DNA of 64,000 bases from Octopus sinensis (taxonomy: Eukaryota): positions 30,194,001 through 30,258,000 of the forward strand of contig NC_043015.1 in NCBI RefSeq assembly GCF_006345805.1. The letters are read 5' to 3'. The position numbers and the translations under genes are program-made. Positions 52,861 to 64,000 of this stretch are shown here, piece after piece (within the stretch, counting starts at the first letter, position 1; every line of letters begins with the position of its first letter). The notes beneath the pieces are model-generated. The model saw only the letters and a list, made by a program, of their open reading frames with translations, ran no database searches and was not told the origin of the DNA.

Positions 52861-52897
<37 letters not shown>

Positions 52898-53068
52898 CAT
52901 ATATACGACAGGCTTCTTTCAGTTTCCGTCTACCAAATCCACTCACAAGGCATTGGTCGGCCCGGGGCTATAGCAGAAGACACTTGCCCAAGATGCCACG
53001 CAGTGAGACTGAACCCGGAACCATGTGGCTGGTTAGCAAGCTACTTACCACACAGCCACTCCTGCGCT
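51689..53068. repeat. Tandem duplication of ~690 bp (unique sequence plus SINE B)
   Basis: Units 51689-52380 and 52381-53068 align with scattered substitutions. Confidence 0.9.
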
Positions 53069-53514
53069 TACTAAGAAGATATTTTAACTTTTTTTGTTTT
53101 TTATGTGTACATGGTAGACTCATTTTCATAAAATGTGCTCAGTAGTCCGTGCTATGCAAGTGCAAATCCTAGCACTTTATGGGTTAAGTATGTGTGTGTG
53201 TGTCTCTCTCTCTCTCTGTATATATATATTTATATAGATACATATGCACAGTATGAAAAAAATGGGTGTTAAAAAACAAAATAAATTACAATAGAAATAT
53301 ACTATTTATTACTGTGTGTTTATATATACATAATCGCAAATACATGCACAGGCACACAAATATATATATATCTATATGAATATACGCACATAGCACACAC
53401 AAACTTATTTTTACATATATATGTATATATATGTGCACACATATATATGAATGTATGTATGTATATATGTATGTATGTATGTGTGTGTGTGTATATATAT
53501 GTATGTATGTATGT

Positions 53515-53998
53515 ATTGGGTCAGCCCATAAATAATGTGGTTGTTTTCAATTCATCATCATCATCGTTTAACGTCCATTTTCCATGCTAGCATGGGTTGG
53601 ACAGTTCGACCGGGGATCTGGGAAGCCAGAAGGCTGTACCAGGCTCCAGTCTGATCTGGCAATGTTTCTACAGCTGGATGCCCTTCCTAACGCCAACCAC
53701 TTCGTGAGTGTAGTGAGTGATTTTTACGTGCCACCTGCACATGTGCCAGGCGAGGCTGGCAACGGCCACGATCGGATTGGTGCATTTTACGTGCCACCGG
53801 CACGGAAGCCAGTCAAGGCGGCGGGGACAGGATAAACTACCTGCATCAACTTGATATAAAAGCAGGCAGTAATTTTGATGGGTGCAGTTTGATTTTAACA
53901 GTTATTTTTTCAAGTCTATTATGGAAGTGGCAAAGGAGCATATTCGGCATATTTTGCTTCATGATTTCAATAAAGGCAACAATGCAATGGAAAATGCC
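53515..53998 (+). mobile_element. mariner 5' end split by an RTE 3' insertion
   Basis: TIR-like tattgggtcagcccataaataatgtgg; ATG at 53921 gives MEVAKEHIRHILLHDFNKGNNAMENA. Confidence 0.7.
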
Positions 53999-54958
53999 TT
54001 AATTTGAATGCCCTACGAAGATGAAGAATTTTATTCTTGCATTTATGTATAGACTGCATTCTGGCAATCTGATTAGAAACGGCTGTAGGATTTGTTTTGT
54101 CAAGCTTTGTATTAATAGATAAGCTATAAATGTGGTCCAATTGATGTGTGGGTTAATCCATGGTTTTCTCCATTTTCTAATTATATGTCTGTGCGTGTGT
54201 GTGTGTGTGTGTGTGTTTGTGTATGTGTGTATGTATGTATATAAATTAGTAGTGTATGTAAATTTGTGTGTATGTACTAAAGATGCTTCTCCACATTTCT
54301 TTATCTACTTACAATCATTGTACAATAAAAGACTTCAACGACAGAAATAGACATTGGTGACTCACCATTATCGTAGCCATGAGATAGAATCAGTACAAGT
54401 ATAGCATGAACAAAATCCAGACTGCACGTCCAATTCATGAAGACCAGTGTGGCTGAAAATGTACGACTACATTATATACGAGATCTCCTTTTGTCTTTTA
54501 CTTGTTTTAATCATTGGATTTCAGCCTTGCTGGAGCACCATCTAGAAAGGATTTTAGTTAAACAAGTCAACCCTTGTATTTAATTTTTTTAAAGTTTGGT
54601 ATGTATTCTATCAGTGTCTTTTGCTGACCTGCTAATGTAATGTAAACATACCAACACTGGTTCTTAAGTAGTGCAGGGACAGAAACACAGACACAAAGAC
54701 TCTGTCTGTCTGTCTGTCTATCTCTCTCTCTCTCTCACACACACACACCACACATACACACTTGTATGTATGTATACAATAGGTTTCCATATAGCCTCTG
54801 TCTACCAGATTCATTCACAAGGCATCAGTAGGCCTGGGGCTATAGTAAGGTACCATGCAGTAGAACTGTATCCAAAACAATGTGATTGCAAAGCAAGAAT
54901 CTTAACCACGTTGTCATGCCTGAGTCTACAAAATCTTTCATGAAAAACACTTCCAATA

Positions 54959-55237
54959 TTAATGTGACAGTCCCATGAAGGGAATCACACCACTGCTATT
55001 TAACCCTAGGAAGCATCAGCACTTACTGTCGGCCTTGACACATTTTCTGTGTCCAGACTGATGACGAGCAAGACTCAGAAACTAGTCTCTGGATGCAGGC
55101 TTAGCTGGGTGGGGGTGCTTGTCTCCCCTTTGTAAACATAAGGACACAGGAAATGTGTCAAGACCGACAGGAAGCGTTGATGCTTCCTAGGGCTAAATAG
55201 CAGTGGTGTGATTCCCTTCACGGCACTGTCACATTAA
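54959..55237. mobile_element. Foldback element: 96-bp inverted arms (8 mismatches), TTAA at both ends, hammerhead in the 87-bp spacer
   Basis: Arms 54959-55054 and 55142-55237 aligned by hand. Confidence 0.8.
55049..55096 (+). ncRNA. Minimal type I hammerhead ribozyme motif
   Basis: gtgtccaga-CTGATGA-c gag caaga ctc a-GAAA-ctag-TC-tctggatgc; 9-bp stem I including two G-U pairs, palindromic stem III ACTAGT, GUC site at 55085-55087. Confidence 0.75.
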
Positions 55238-55946
55238 GTTGACAGTATACAACTACTCTATCGTACCACCACTGCTTATATCTCTCTGAGATATTTAGAA
55301 ATGTAATATTTCTACTTCCAATATTAAAACAAATTTTTCCGGATTCATCTCCTGTCTCATAAACAGTGGAGTTCCGTTTGACAGGCACTGTTTTAGAGAA
55401 AAATATGAAGCAGCACCATATTTTGGAAACCCTGGTCAAGCTGGTGGGAAAGTAACGAGAGATTCAGGATCTGAAGTTGTTAGACCTTGGTGTCTTAATG
55501 CAGGATTGTGAACATGTGGAAAGAGTTGTGAGGCCTGTCTCAACCGAGGATTGCTGAGTGATGTGTGATGTTGTCGTTATTGTTATTGTTGCTGCTGCTG
55601 TTGTTGTTCAGCTCTAAGGCAGACCTGATTAGGTAAAACTATGATCACAAGTATTCTAGTTATTTTTAGGAAACTATTTGTGCACTGATTGCAAAATAAG
55701 TGTGCTTGCACACATCGCATGCACAGCTAAATTAAAACATCAGCGAAAATCTCAAATATTTTTAGCAACTTCTAACAGCCAGTGAAGGAACTTATATGCT
55801 TCAAGATTTTTTGTGTTGCAGTGACATTATTAACTGAAGCTAACCTAGAGATAATATTTGTAACAGATTGCATGAATATATTGGTACAAGACAGAACCTG
55901 AAACCATTTGGTTGGGAACCAGACATCTTCACCCAAAACCTATACT

Positions 55947-55987
<41 letters not shown>

Positions 55988-56294
55988 AGCAGAAAATGGA
56001 GAAATATTGATCAACAACAATTGACTTACATCAATTATTATTTTTTAATTCAATACAAATAGACTGCATCCCATATTGGACTTTACCACATATTAATAAG
56101 CAAATAATCTAAATTAATTGTTGGGCACTTTATTATGATAAAAACTACCAGTACTTTAAACAATTATTAAAAACTATTATGATTACTTCAAAACTTTATG
56201 GCACCTTCACTCCCTCTTTGACTAAACCAATTGACATATCCCGTTATTGTTAATTTTTTTATTTTTACTTTTTTCTAATACCCTATTACCCCCA

Positions 56295-56532
56295 TAGATT
56301 GGCATATTTCGGTCATATTATGCGGAGAAAATCCCTGGAGAAGGACATCGTGCTCGGAATGGTCAGTGGCAAGAGAGGAAGAGGCCGACCAAGAACCCAC
56401 TGGCTTGACACCATCAAGAGTGATACAGGAATGGACATAGCCAATCTGAAAGAAGTGACCCAGGATAGAACTAACTGGAGGATACTGATCCAACGAGTGA
56501 CCGAGAGTCGACTTCGACTGAGCGGATAGTAG
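56295..56532 (+). mobile_element. RTE (BovB-like) LINE 3' fragment
   Basis: LAYFGHIMRRKSLEKDIVLGMVSGKRGRGRPRTHWLDTIK...QDRTNWR...VTESRLRLSG*. Confidence 0.9.
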
Positions 56533-56700
56533 ATAGATTATTCCCATAGAAAAAATTAACCCACCATTTGCTATTTTAAGTTTAGTCATTTATTCAATGT
56601 CCCAAAGAGACACATAAGCAAAATAGTATGATTTAAACATATTCGGTCTTTCCTTTTCCTCTCTAGGCTCTTCTTTTCTTTTATGTATGTATTTTCCTTC

Positions 56701-56790
56701 ACTCTGATGAAGCTCTATCTTCCAGATCGGTTTTACTACCAAATCAATGGTAATACCATGTAACATTGGAAGCAGAAACAGCTGTTAGAC
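56701..56790 (+). ncRNA. Degenerate type I hammerhead motif
   Basis: CTGATGA at 56704, cttcca/tggaag in stem II, GAAA-cagctg-TT; stem I reduced to 2 bp. Confidence 0.4.
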
Positions 56791-57044
56791 GGGATGCAGT
56801 CTATTTGTATTGAATTAAAAAATAATAATTGATGTAAGTCAATTGCTGTTGATCAATATTTCTCCATTTTCTGTTTACTTCAAATTTGATACCTGATAAA
56901 CTCATGTTTATCATTGTCATTACCTGTAATTATGAGCATAATATGCTTGCATATATGTATGGTAGGGTTAACATAGGTAATTATACTGGTAGTATAATGG
57001 ATACTTTTATCCTTAGATGGTTATTCCAACCTCTAACTCTACTA

Positions 57045-57089
<45 letters not shown>

Positions 57090-57569
57090 ATATACATATA
57101 TATATATACACACACACCACACACACACCACACACCATATGGTGTGTGTATGTATGTCTCTTTTACTCTTTTACTTGTTTCAGTCATTTGACTGTGGCCA
57201 TGCTGGAGCACCGCCTTTAGTCGAGCAAATCAACCCCAGGACTTATTCTTTGTAAGCCTAGTACTTATTCTATCAGTCTCTTTTGCCGAACAACTAAGTT
57301 ACGGGGATGTAAACACACCAGCATTGGTTGTCAAGCAATGTTGGGGGGACAAACACAGACACACAAACACACACACATATATATATATATACATATATAC
57401 GACGGGCTTCTTTCAGTTTCTGTCTACCAAATCCACTCACAAGGCTTTGGTCGGCCCGAGGCTATAGTAGAAGACACTTGCCCAAGGTGCCACGCAGTGG
57501 GAATGAACCATGTGGTTCGTAAGCAAAGTTACTTACCACACAGCCACTTCTACATATGTATGTATATCT

Positions 57570-58100
57570 TATATCTTATACTGGTTTCAACCAAAGGCTG
57601 GGGCCATGTTGGGGTACTGTCATCCAGTGTGTTTGGGTTAGCTTTCTGAACTGTTTTTGCTGGAATAGGGAGTTAGATGGAATTACTCTTCTTTGGGCCT
57701 CCTGTCTCAATGTGGGTTCATTTGAGAAATTTCAGATTGAAATTTGTCCAGGTGCTGTTCGAAGGCCTCCACATTTACACCTCACAAATCTCTGAAGTTG
57801 TTTGCATTTTTGTTTGCCATGATTTCGTATTTCTTTGATCTTTTTCTTTGGAGGCCACCATTTATAAGCTTTTGCTAAGTCATACATAAAATAAAAAAAA
57901 CTAATGGTGATTTGTTGACCCGTCGTTTATTGTGTGTCAAACATTTGCAAATGTAGGAAAGAGTGATCCACCATTAAAGCCTAGTTCTTGCTTTTGGTCT
58001 CATAGGGAGTGGTGTCACTGCCAAATAGTTCAATGACTAGTCTGGAGTAAAAGTTCTTGTCCACAGTTTGTCTTTTACAAGCTCACGGGCAATGTTCTAT
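57570..58100 (-). mobile_element. Degenerate CR1-group LINE 3' fragment
   Basis: LQRKRSKKYEI and DL*GVNVEAFEQHLDKF resemble CR1 ORF2 C-terminal motifs; many stops. Confidence 0.5.
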
Positions 58101-59220
58101 TTGCGTGTGTATCCATGTGTGAGTGGTGTGTGTGTGTGTGTGTGTTTATGTATGTGTGTGCATGTGTGTGTGTGTGTCTATGTGTGTGTGTGTCTATGTG
58201 TGTGTGCGTGTGTGTGTGTGTCTATGTGTGCATGTGTGTGTGTCTGTGTGTGTGCGTGTATGTGTGTGTGTGTCTATGTGTGTGTGTGTGTCTATGTGTG
58301 TGTGTGTGTCTATGTGTGTGTGCGCGTGTGTGTGTCTATGTGTGTGTGTGTGCGTGTGTGTGTATGTGTCTATGTGTGCGTGTTGTGTGAGTGTGTGTGT
58401 GTGTCTGTACATATGTCATTGGTTGCCTTAGTATCTGCACAGTCTTCAGCTTCAATCCATAATTGCGTCTGTGTCTTTCTATACGCATACACATGTACAT
58501 GTAGGTGAAAGCCTGTGTGTGTGTATATGGATAAGTATATCTGTGTCTGAGTGCATTCTTTGTACGAATATCTGTCCGTGGCCAGGTATATGGGATGGTG
58601 GTGTCGGTTGCCTGCTTACTTATTTATTTGATCAATATCTCCTTACAGCTTTTTTCTAACATCCTGTTTACACTTTCTGTTTCTTTTTCGGTCTCCTCAT
58701 TACAGTAGCCACCAACTATTACTTCTAGAGATACTCAGGCATACGTAACTATCACATTGCATCACGCATGCATGCACACACACACACACACACAGACACA
58801 CACATAGCTGCATGGCCTTTGTATACATATACATGTGTGTGTGTTAGTTTATGTATGTGCCTATATATATATCGTTTTTTTAACGTCCGCTTTCCATGCT
58901 AGCATGGGTTGGACGGTTCAACCGGGGATCTGGGAAGCTAGAAGGCTGCACCAGGCTCCATCTAGTCTGATCTGGCAGTGTTTCTACAGCTGGATGCCCT
59001 TCGTAACACCAACCACTCCATGAGTGTAGTGGGTGCTTTTTACATGCCACCTGCACAGGTGCCAGGCGAGGCTGGCAACGTCCACAGTCGGATTGGTGCA
59101 TTTTACGTGCCACCGGCATGGAAGCCAATCGAGGCGGCACTGGCATCGGCCACGATTCAGATGGTGCTTTTTATGTGCCACCGGCATGGAAGCCAGTCGA
59201 GGCGACGCTGGCATCGGCCA

Positions 59221-59269
<49 letters not shown>

Positions 59270-59532
59270 GCATATAGGCCATTATATATATTTGTGCATA
59301 TATATATATATATATGGTCCAGTGGTTAGAGTGTTGAGCTTACAATTGTGAGGTTGTGAGTTTGAATCCCGGACCGGGCTGTGTGTTGTGTTCTTGAGCA
59401 AGACACTTTAGTATTAATCATGATAAAGTGCTAATCGGTTAAATGCAATTTTATTTATTTACTAGTAGATGATGGTTAAGCCCTTCCACCTGCTGTCCAA
59501 AGTGAGATAGGCCAAGATCAATTTTCTGTTCT

Positions 59533-59563
<31 letters not shown>

Positions 59564-61796
59564 ATGAATGACATTGTCCCTGTAACACATGCATATGCAT
59601 TCACATACATGCACATATGCACTCAGACTCAGTCTAACACATACTCATGCACATATATGCACATACTTGCACTTCAATCAATCACCACGAATATATACAC
59701 ACTCATATAAACATACATATCTTCATGCAGCCATTATACAATCATTTACACAATCACACACACATACACAGACATACCCCCCCCCCCACACACACATTCA
59801 TAAAGATGCTCATTGACATGCTGTCACATGCACACACAAGCACTATCACATGCTTACACATACACTTATACAGTCACATAAGGCAGCGAGCTGGCAGAAA
59901 CGTTAGCACGCCGGGCGAAATGCTTAGCGGTATTTCGTCTGCCGTTACGTTCTGAGTTCAAATTCCGCCGAGGTCCACTTTGCCTTTCATCCTTTCGGGG
60001 TCGATAAATTAAGTACCAGTTACCCACTGGGGTCGATATAATCGACTTAAACCCTTTGTCTGTCCTTGTTTGTCCCCTCTGTGTTTGGCCCCTTGTGGGT
60101 AGTAAAGAAATATATACAGTCACATAAATGCACATGCAGTCAACAGAAATGCATGTATATGCACACACATTGCTATGACTTATCTCCTGGTTTCAAGATG
60201 TCAATAAAATGATAGAATGATAGAATGACATTGTAGTTTAAGTGTGAAAGGCTAGATCTGGCTGCTTTGAACATAAAACAGGTTGAATATTTACATTATT
60301 TACATTATTTACATTATTTACATTCGACGGATATTTGTCCTCATCTTGTTCTTAACACGTTTCAGCTGATATACCCTCCAGCCTTCTTTCAGTTTCCATC
60401 TACCAAATCCACTCACAAGGCTTTAGTCGGCCCAAGGCTATAGTAGAAGACACTTGCCTAAGGTGCCACACAGTGGGACTGAACCCGGAACCATGTGGTT
60501 GGTAAACAAGCTACTTACCACACAGCCACTCCTATGCCTAATTAATTAATCATGACTTATCTCCTGGTTTCAAGATGTTAATGAGTTAATTGAATACTTT
60601 TAGAATGACATTGTAGTCTAAGTGTGAAAGGCTAGATCTGGCTGCTTTGAACATAAAACCGGTTGAATATTTGGGCCAGATATGGGCCAGCTTAAATGCT
60701 AAAAGGTTATATTTCAGCTGTGATAGTGGCTGATATTTAAGCGTGTGACATTAGAGTACAGAGGTACAGAGTGTATGTGTCATTCAATACCCTCACACAC
60801 ATGCACACATATATGCACATGCACGCACACATAGACACACACACACACATGCACACACACACACAAATGCATGTACCCACATATATGCATGTACATATAC
60901 TTATATGTACACACACACACACATGTATAAAGTGTTTCACTTTTGAAGTTCACATTAAATATGAGAAAATTGGGTGATTTGATGACAGTTTGAATGAGTT
61001 CAGACATCCTGTTTTAAAAGTGGGATGCATGCTGTAGGGTGGTGGAGGGTGGATGAGTGGCAGGGGAAGGAGCATTATGACTATGGGACAAAGGGACACA
61101 CTACCTTAACCCCATTTCTCAATGATGTCAGATGGTCGAGAAATGAATATTATTATTATCAATATTTTCACTATTAGTTTATGTAATCCATAAGGCAGCG
61201 AGCTGGCAGAAACGTTAGCACGCTGGACAAAATGCTTAGTGGTATTTCATCTGCCACAATGTTCTGAGTTCAAATTCCGCCAAGGTCGACTTTGTCTTTC
61301 GTCCTTTTGGGGTCGATAAATTAAGTACCAGTTATGCACTGGGGTCGATGTAATCGACTTAATCCGTGTGTCTGTCCTTGTTTGTCCCCTCTGTGTTTAA
61401 GCCCCTTGTGGGTAGTAAAGAAATAGGTATTTCGCCTGCCGTTATGTTCTGAGTTCAAATTCCGCCGGGGTCGACTTTACCTTTCATCCTTTCGGGGTCG
61501 ATTAAACAAGTACCAGTTACACACTGGGGTCGATATAATCGACTTAATCCATTTGTTTGTCTTCTCTGTGTTTAACCCCTTATGGGTAGTAAAGAAATAG
61601 GTATTTCATCTGCCACTACGTTCTGAGTTCAAATTCCGCCAAGGTCAACTTTGCCTTTCAGCCTTTCGGGGTCGATTAAATAAGTACCAGTTACGCACTG
61701 GGGTCGATATAATCGACTTAATCCGTTTGTCTGTCCTTGTTTGTCTTCTCTGTGTTTAGCCCCTTGTGAGTAGTAAAGAAATAAGTGTACAAATGG

Positions 61797-62419
61797 TTGA
61801 AACTGAACTACAGCCTCACATTATTGAAGCAAAAATCCTCACTACCTAGAATGCCACTAATACCTAATTCTTTACTACCCACAAGGGGCTAAACACAGAG
61901 GGGACAAACAAGGACAGACAAACGGATTAAGTCGATTACATCGACCCCAGTGCGTAACTGGCACTTTATTTATCGACCCCGAAAGGATGAAAGGCAAAGT
62001 GGACCTCAGCGGAATTTGAACTCAGAACGTAGCGGAAGACGAAATACCGCTGAGCATTTTGTCTGGCGTGCTAACGTCTCTGCCAGCTCGCCGCCTTATG
62101 GATTACATAAACAAATAGTGAAAATATCAATAATAATAATAATTCATTTCTCGACCATCTGACATCATGCCACTAATACCAACAGGCGTCCCCTTTTATT
62201 TCAAATGATTGCAATTCTCAGTGGGAGTCAGTTACGCATTGGCCATTAACAAGTCACAAGGTCAAACACTGCAGGTTGTCGGCCTCCATCTAGCAGTGGG
62301 CTGTTTCTCACATGGTCAATTGTATGTAGGTTGTTCCAGCGTAGGACATCCACAGAAACTCTTCGTATGTGCTCCAAAGAAAAAAGGTTAGAATATTGTA
62401 TATACTGAAGTTTTGTAAA
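61797..62419 (+). pseudogene. Helitron RepHel (PIF1-like helicase) C-terminal remnant interrupted by a SINE A insertion
   Basis: PHIIEAKIL..PRMPLIP | PTGVPFYFK*LQFSVGVSYALAINKSQGQTLQVVGLHL..CFSHGQLYVGCSSVG...NIVYTEVL*. Confidence 0.85.
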
Positions 62420-62645
62420 TTTCTTATAATTTTTGCACAATACATTTCTCTATTATCGTCTATATTACTTTCTGTATTTGGATATTCTACATAAATTTCT
62501 AAACTTACGTTATGCAATATTTAAATACTTTTTAACAATTCTTATTGCAAGGAAAATATGCATTAGACAGATGCCAATATGTGCCTGATGAATATATTTC
62601 AACACCGTACAGACTAGGCCGAAGGCTGTGAGGCTCACTACTCTC

Positions 62646-62694
<49 letters not shown>

Positions 62695-63762
62695 GTCTGT
62701 CTCTCTCTCTCTCTTTGTCCTTGCTTTGACATTTTGTGATAGTTATAAATGAGTGTTACGGTCATACATACAGCATCATTCATTCCCCATAATTTGGGAG
62801 AAAATATCTGGCAATAAGGAAATATTACCTTGCTTGGAAATGCGAGGGTTGGTGAGAGGAAGGGCATCTGGCCATAGAAAATGGCTACCTGGGGTCATCC
62901 ACAGTTGGGGTATATTTCCCCTGGATCTACATCAGGAATTTTGCAGTGTTGGCTGAGATAATAATTATTTCTTTACTACCCACAAGGGGCTAAACACAGA
63001 GGGGACAAACAAGGACAGACAAAGGGATTAAGTCGATTATATCGACCCCCAGTGCGTAGCTGGTACTTCATTTATCGATCCCGAAAGAATGAAAGGCAAA
63101 GTTGACCTCGGCAGAATTTGAACTCAGAACGTAACGACAGACGAAATACGGCTACGCATTTCACCCGGCGTGCTAACGTTTCTGCCAGCTCGCCAGGAAA
63201 CAGACGATAGATATCGCACTAGTCTTTATTCAGTATGATGACTATTTTGGGCCATCCTGAAACTGTCTGTTATGAGGAGAATATTGTGCATCTAATTGTG
63301 TTGCACCAGTCTGTGCAGTTTGTGTCGCATCAGGTACACGCATAAAGAAGGGGATGTTTCTCTAGATATACTGAGTTCTACCAGGCATGTTGTTCATGCT
63401 CACTGTATTTTGGTTACATTGAGCTAATGGACATAGCCACAGTTGTTTGTGAATACGTAACATAAACGTTAACTCATACAATCATAAAATATAGAGAGGA
63501 GAACCTGTCAAAGAAAGATTAGATCTAGATTAATGAGGAGGGGGCGTGCACTCCGTGGGACATGAACACTCACTCACACAAATGTAGACACACACACCTA
63601 CACACACACAAACGCCCACACATGCACGCCATAAATTAAAATCATAAAATCATAAAAAAAGATTAAAACCTGTCAAATAAAGACTACATTAAGATTAAGG
63701 GTAGGAGTCTACATGCTTAGACTTAAACACATATATAGGCATACAAACTTTCTCTCTCTCTG

Positions 63763-63797
<35 letters not shown>

Positions 63798-64000
63798 ATA
63801 CACGTCAGTATGTCATTGAGTTGGGGATTAGCTATCAGGATGTAAAATTCATAGGAGACTTATATCTCTTGTTGCACACCCTTCTGCAAGGTCAAGTTGG
63901 CCTTTGGTCAACTGCAATCTGAGTGGAGGGTGGTGGCTGTTTCGTGGACATATATATATTTGGATCAAAATTTTAAAGTTTGGCACATTAATGTAATTTT

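Overview
AT-rich eukaryotic (metazoan) DNA with no confidently identifiable host gene. The SINE families, microsatellite load and transposon mix look like an octopus genome; this assignment comes from recall, not a database search. The window is mostly tRNA-derived SINEs (at least four families), 5'-truncated LINEs (RTE, CR1-like, CRE-like, R4/Dong-like), DNA-transposon remnants (Tc1, mariner, piggyBac-type MITEs, Helitrons), simple repeats and one 100-N gap. Most ORFs in the track are read-throughs of microsatellites. The main unexplained signal is a high density of type I hammerhead-ribozyme motifs, all found and folded by eye and none tested for activity. They occur in four architectures. 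(1) A single minimal hammerhead in the loop of a 279-bp TTAA-bounded foldback element (54959-55237). (2) Two outward-facing hammerheads in a ~420-bp palindrome (29267-29685). (3) A tandem array with a non-canonical 8-nt-core variant, supported by stem covariation between two families (27054-27479, 11677-11711, 50925-50960). (4) Long-stem-II hammerheads, one lying directly downstream of a Penelope-type GIY-YIG C-terminus (10787-11400). Other notable items: an RTE ORF2 ending in three tandem C2H2 fingers, a locally templated inverted insertion inside a SINE, and a SINE copy carrying 5' flank between 14-bp target-site duplications.
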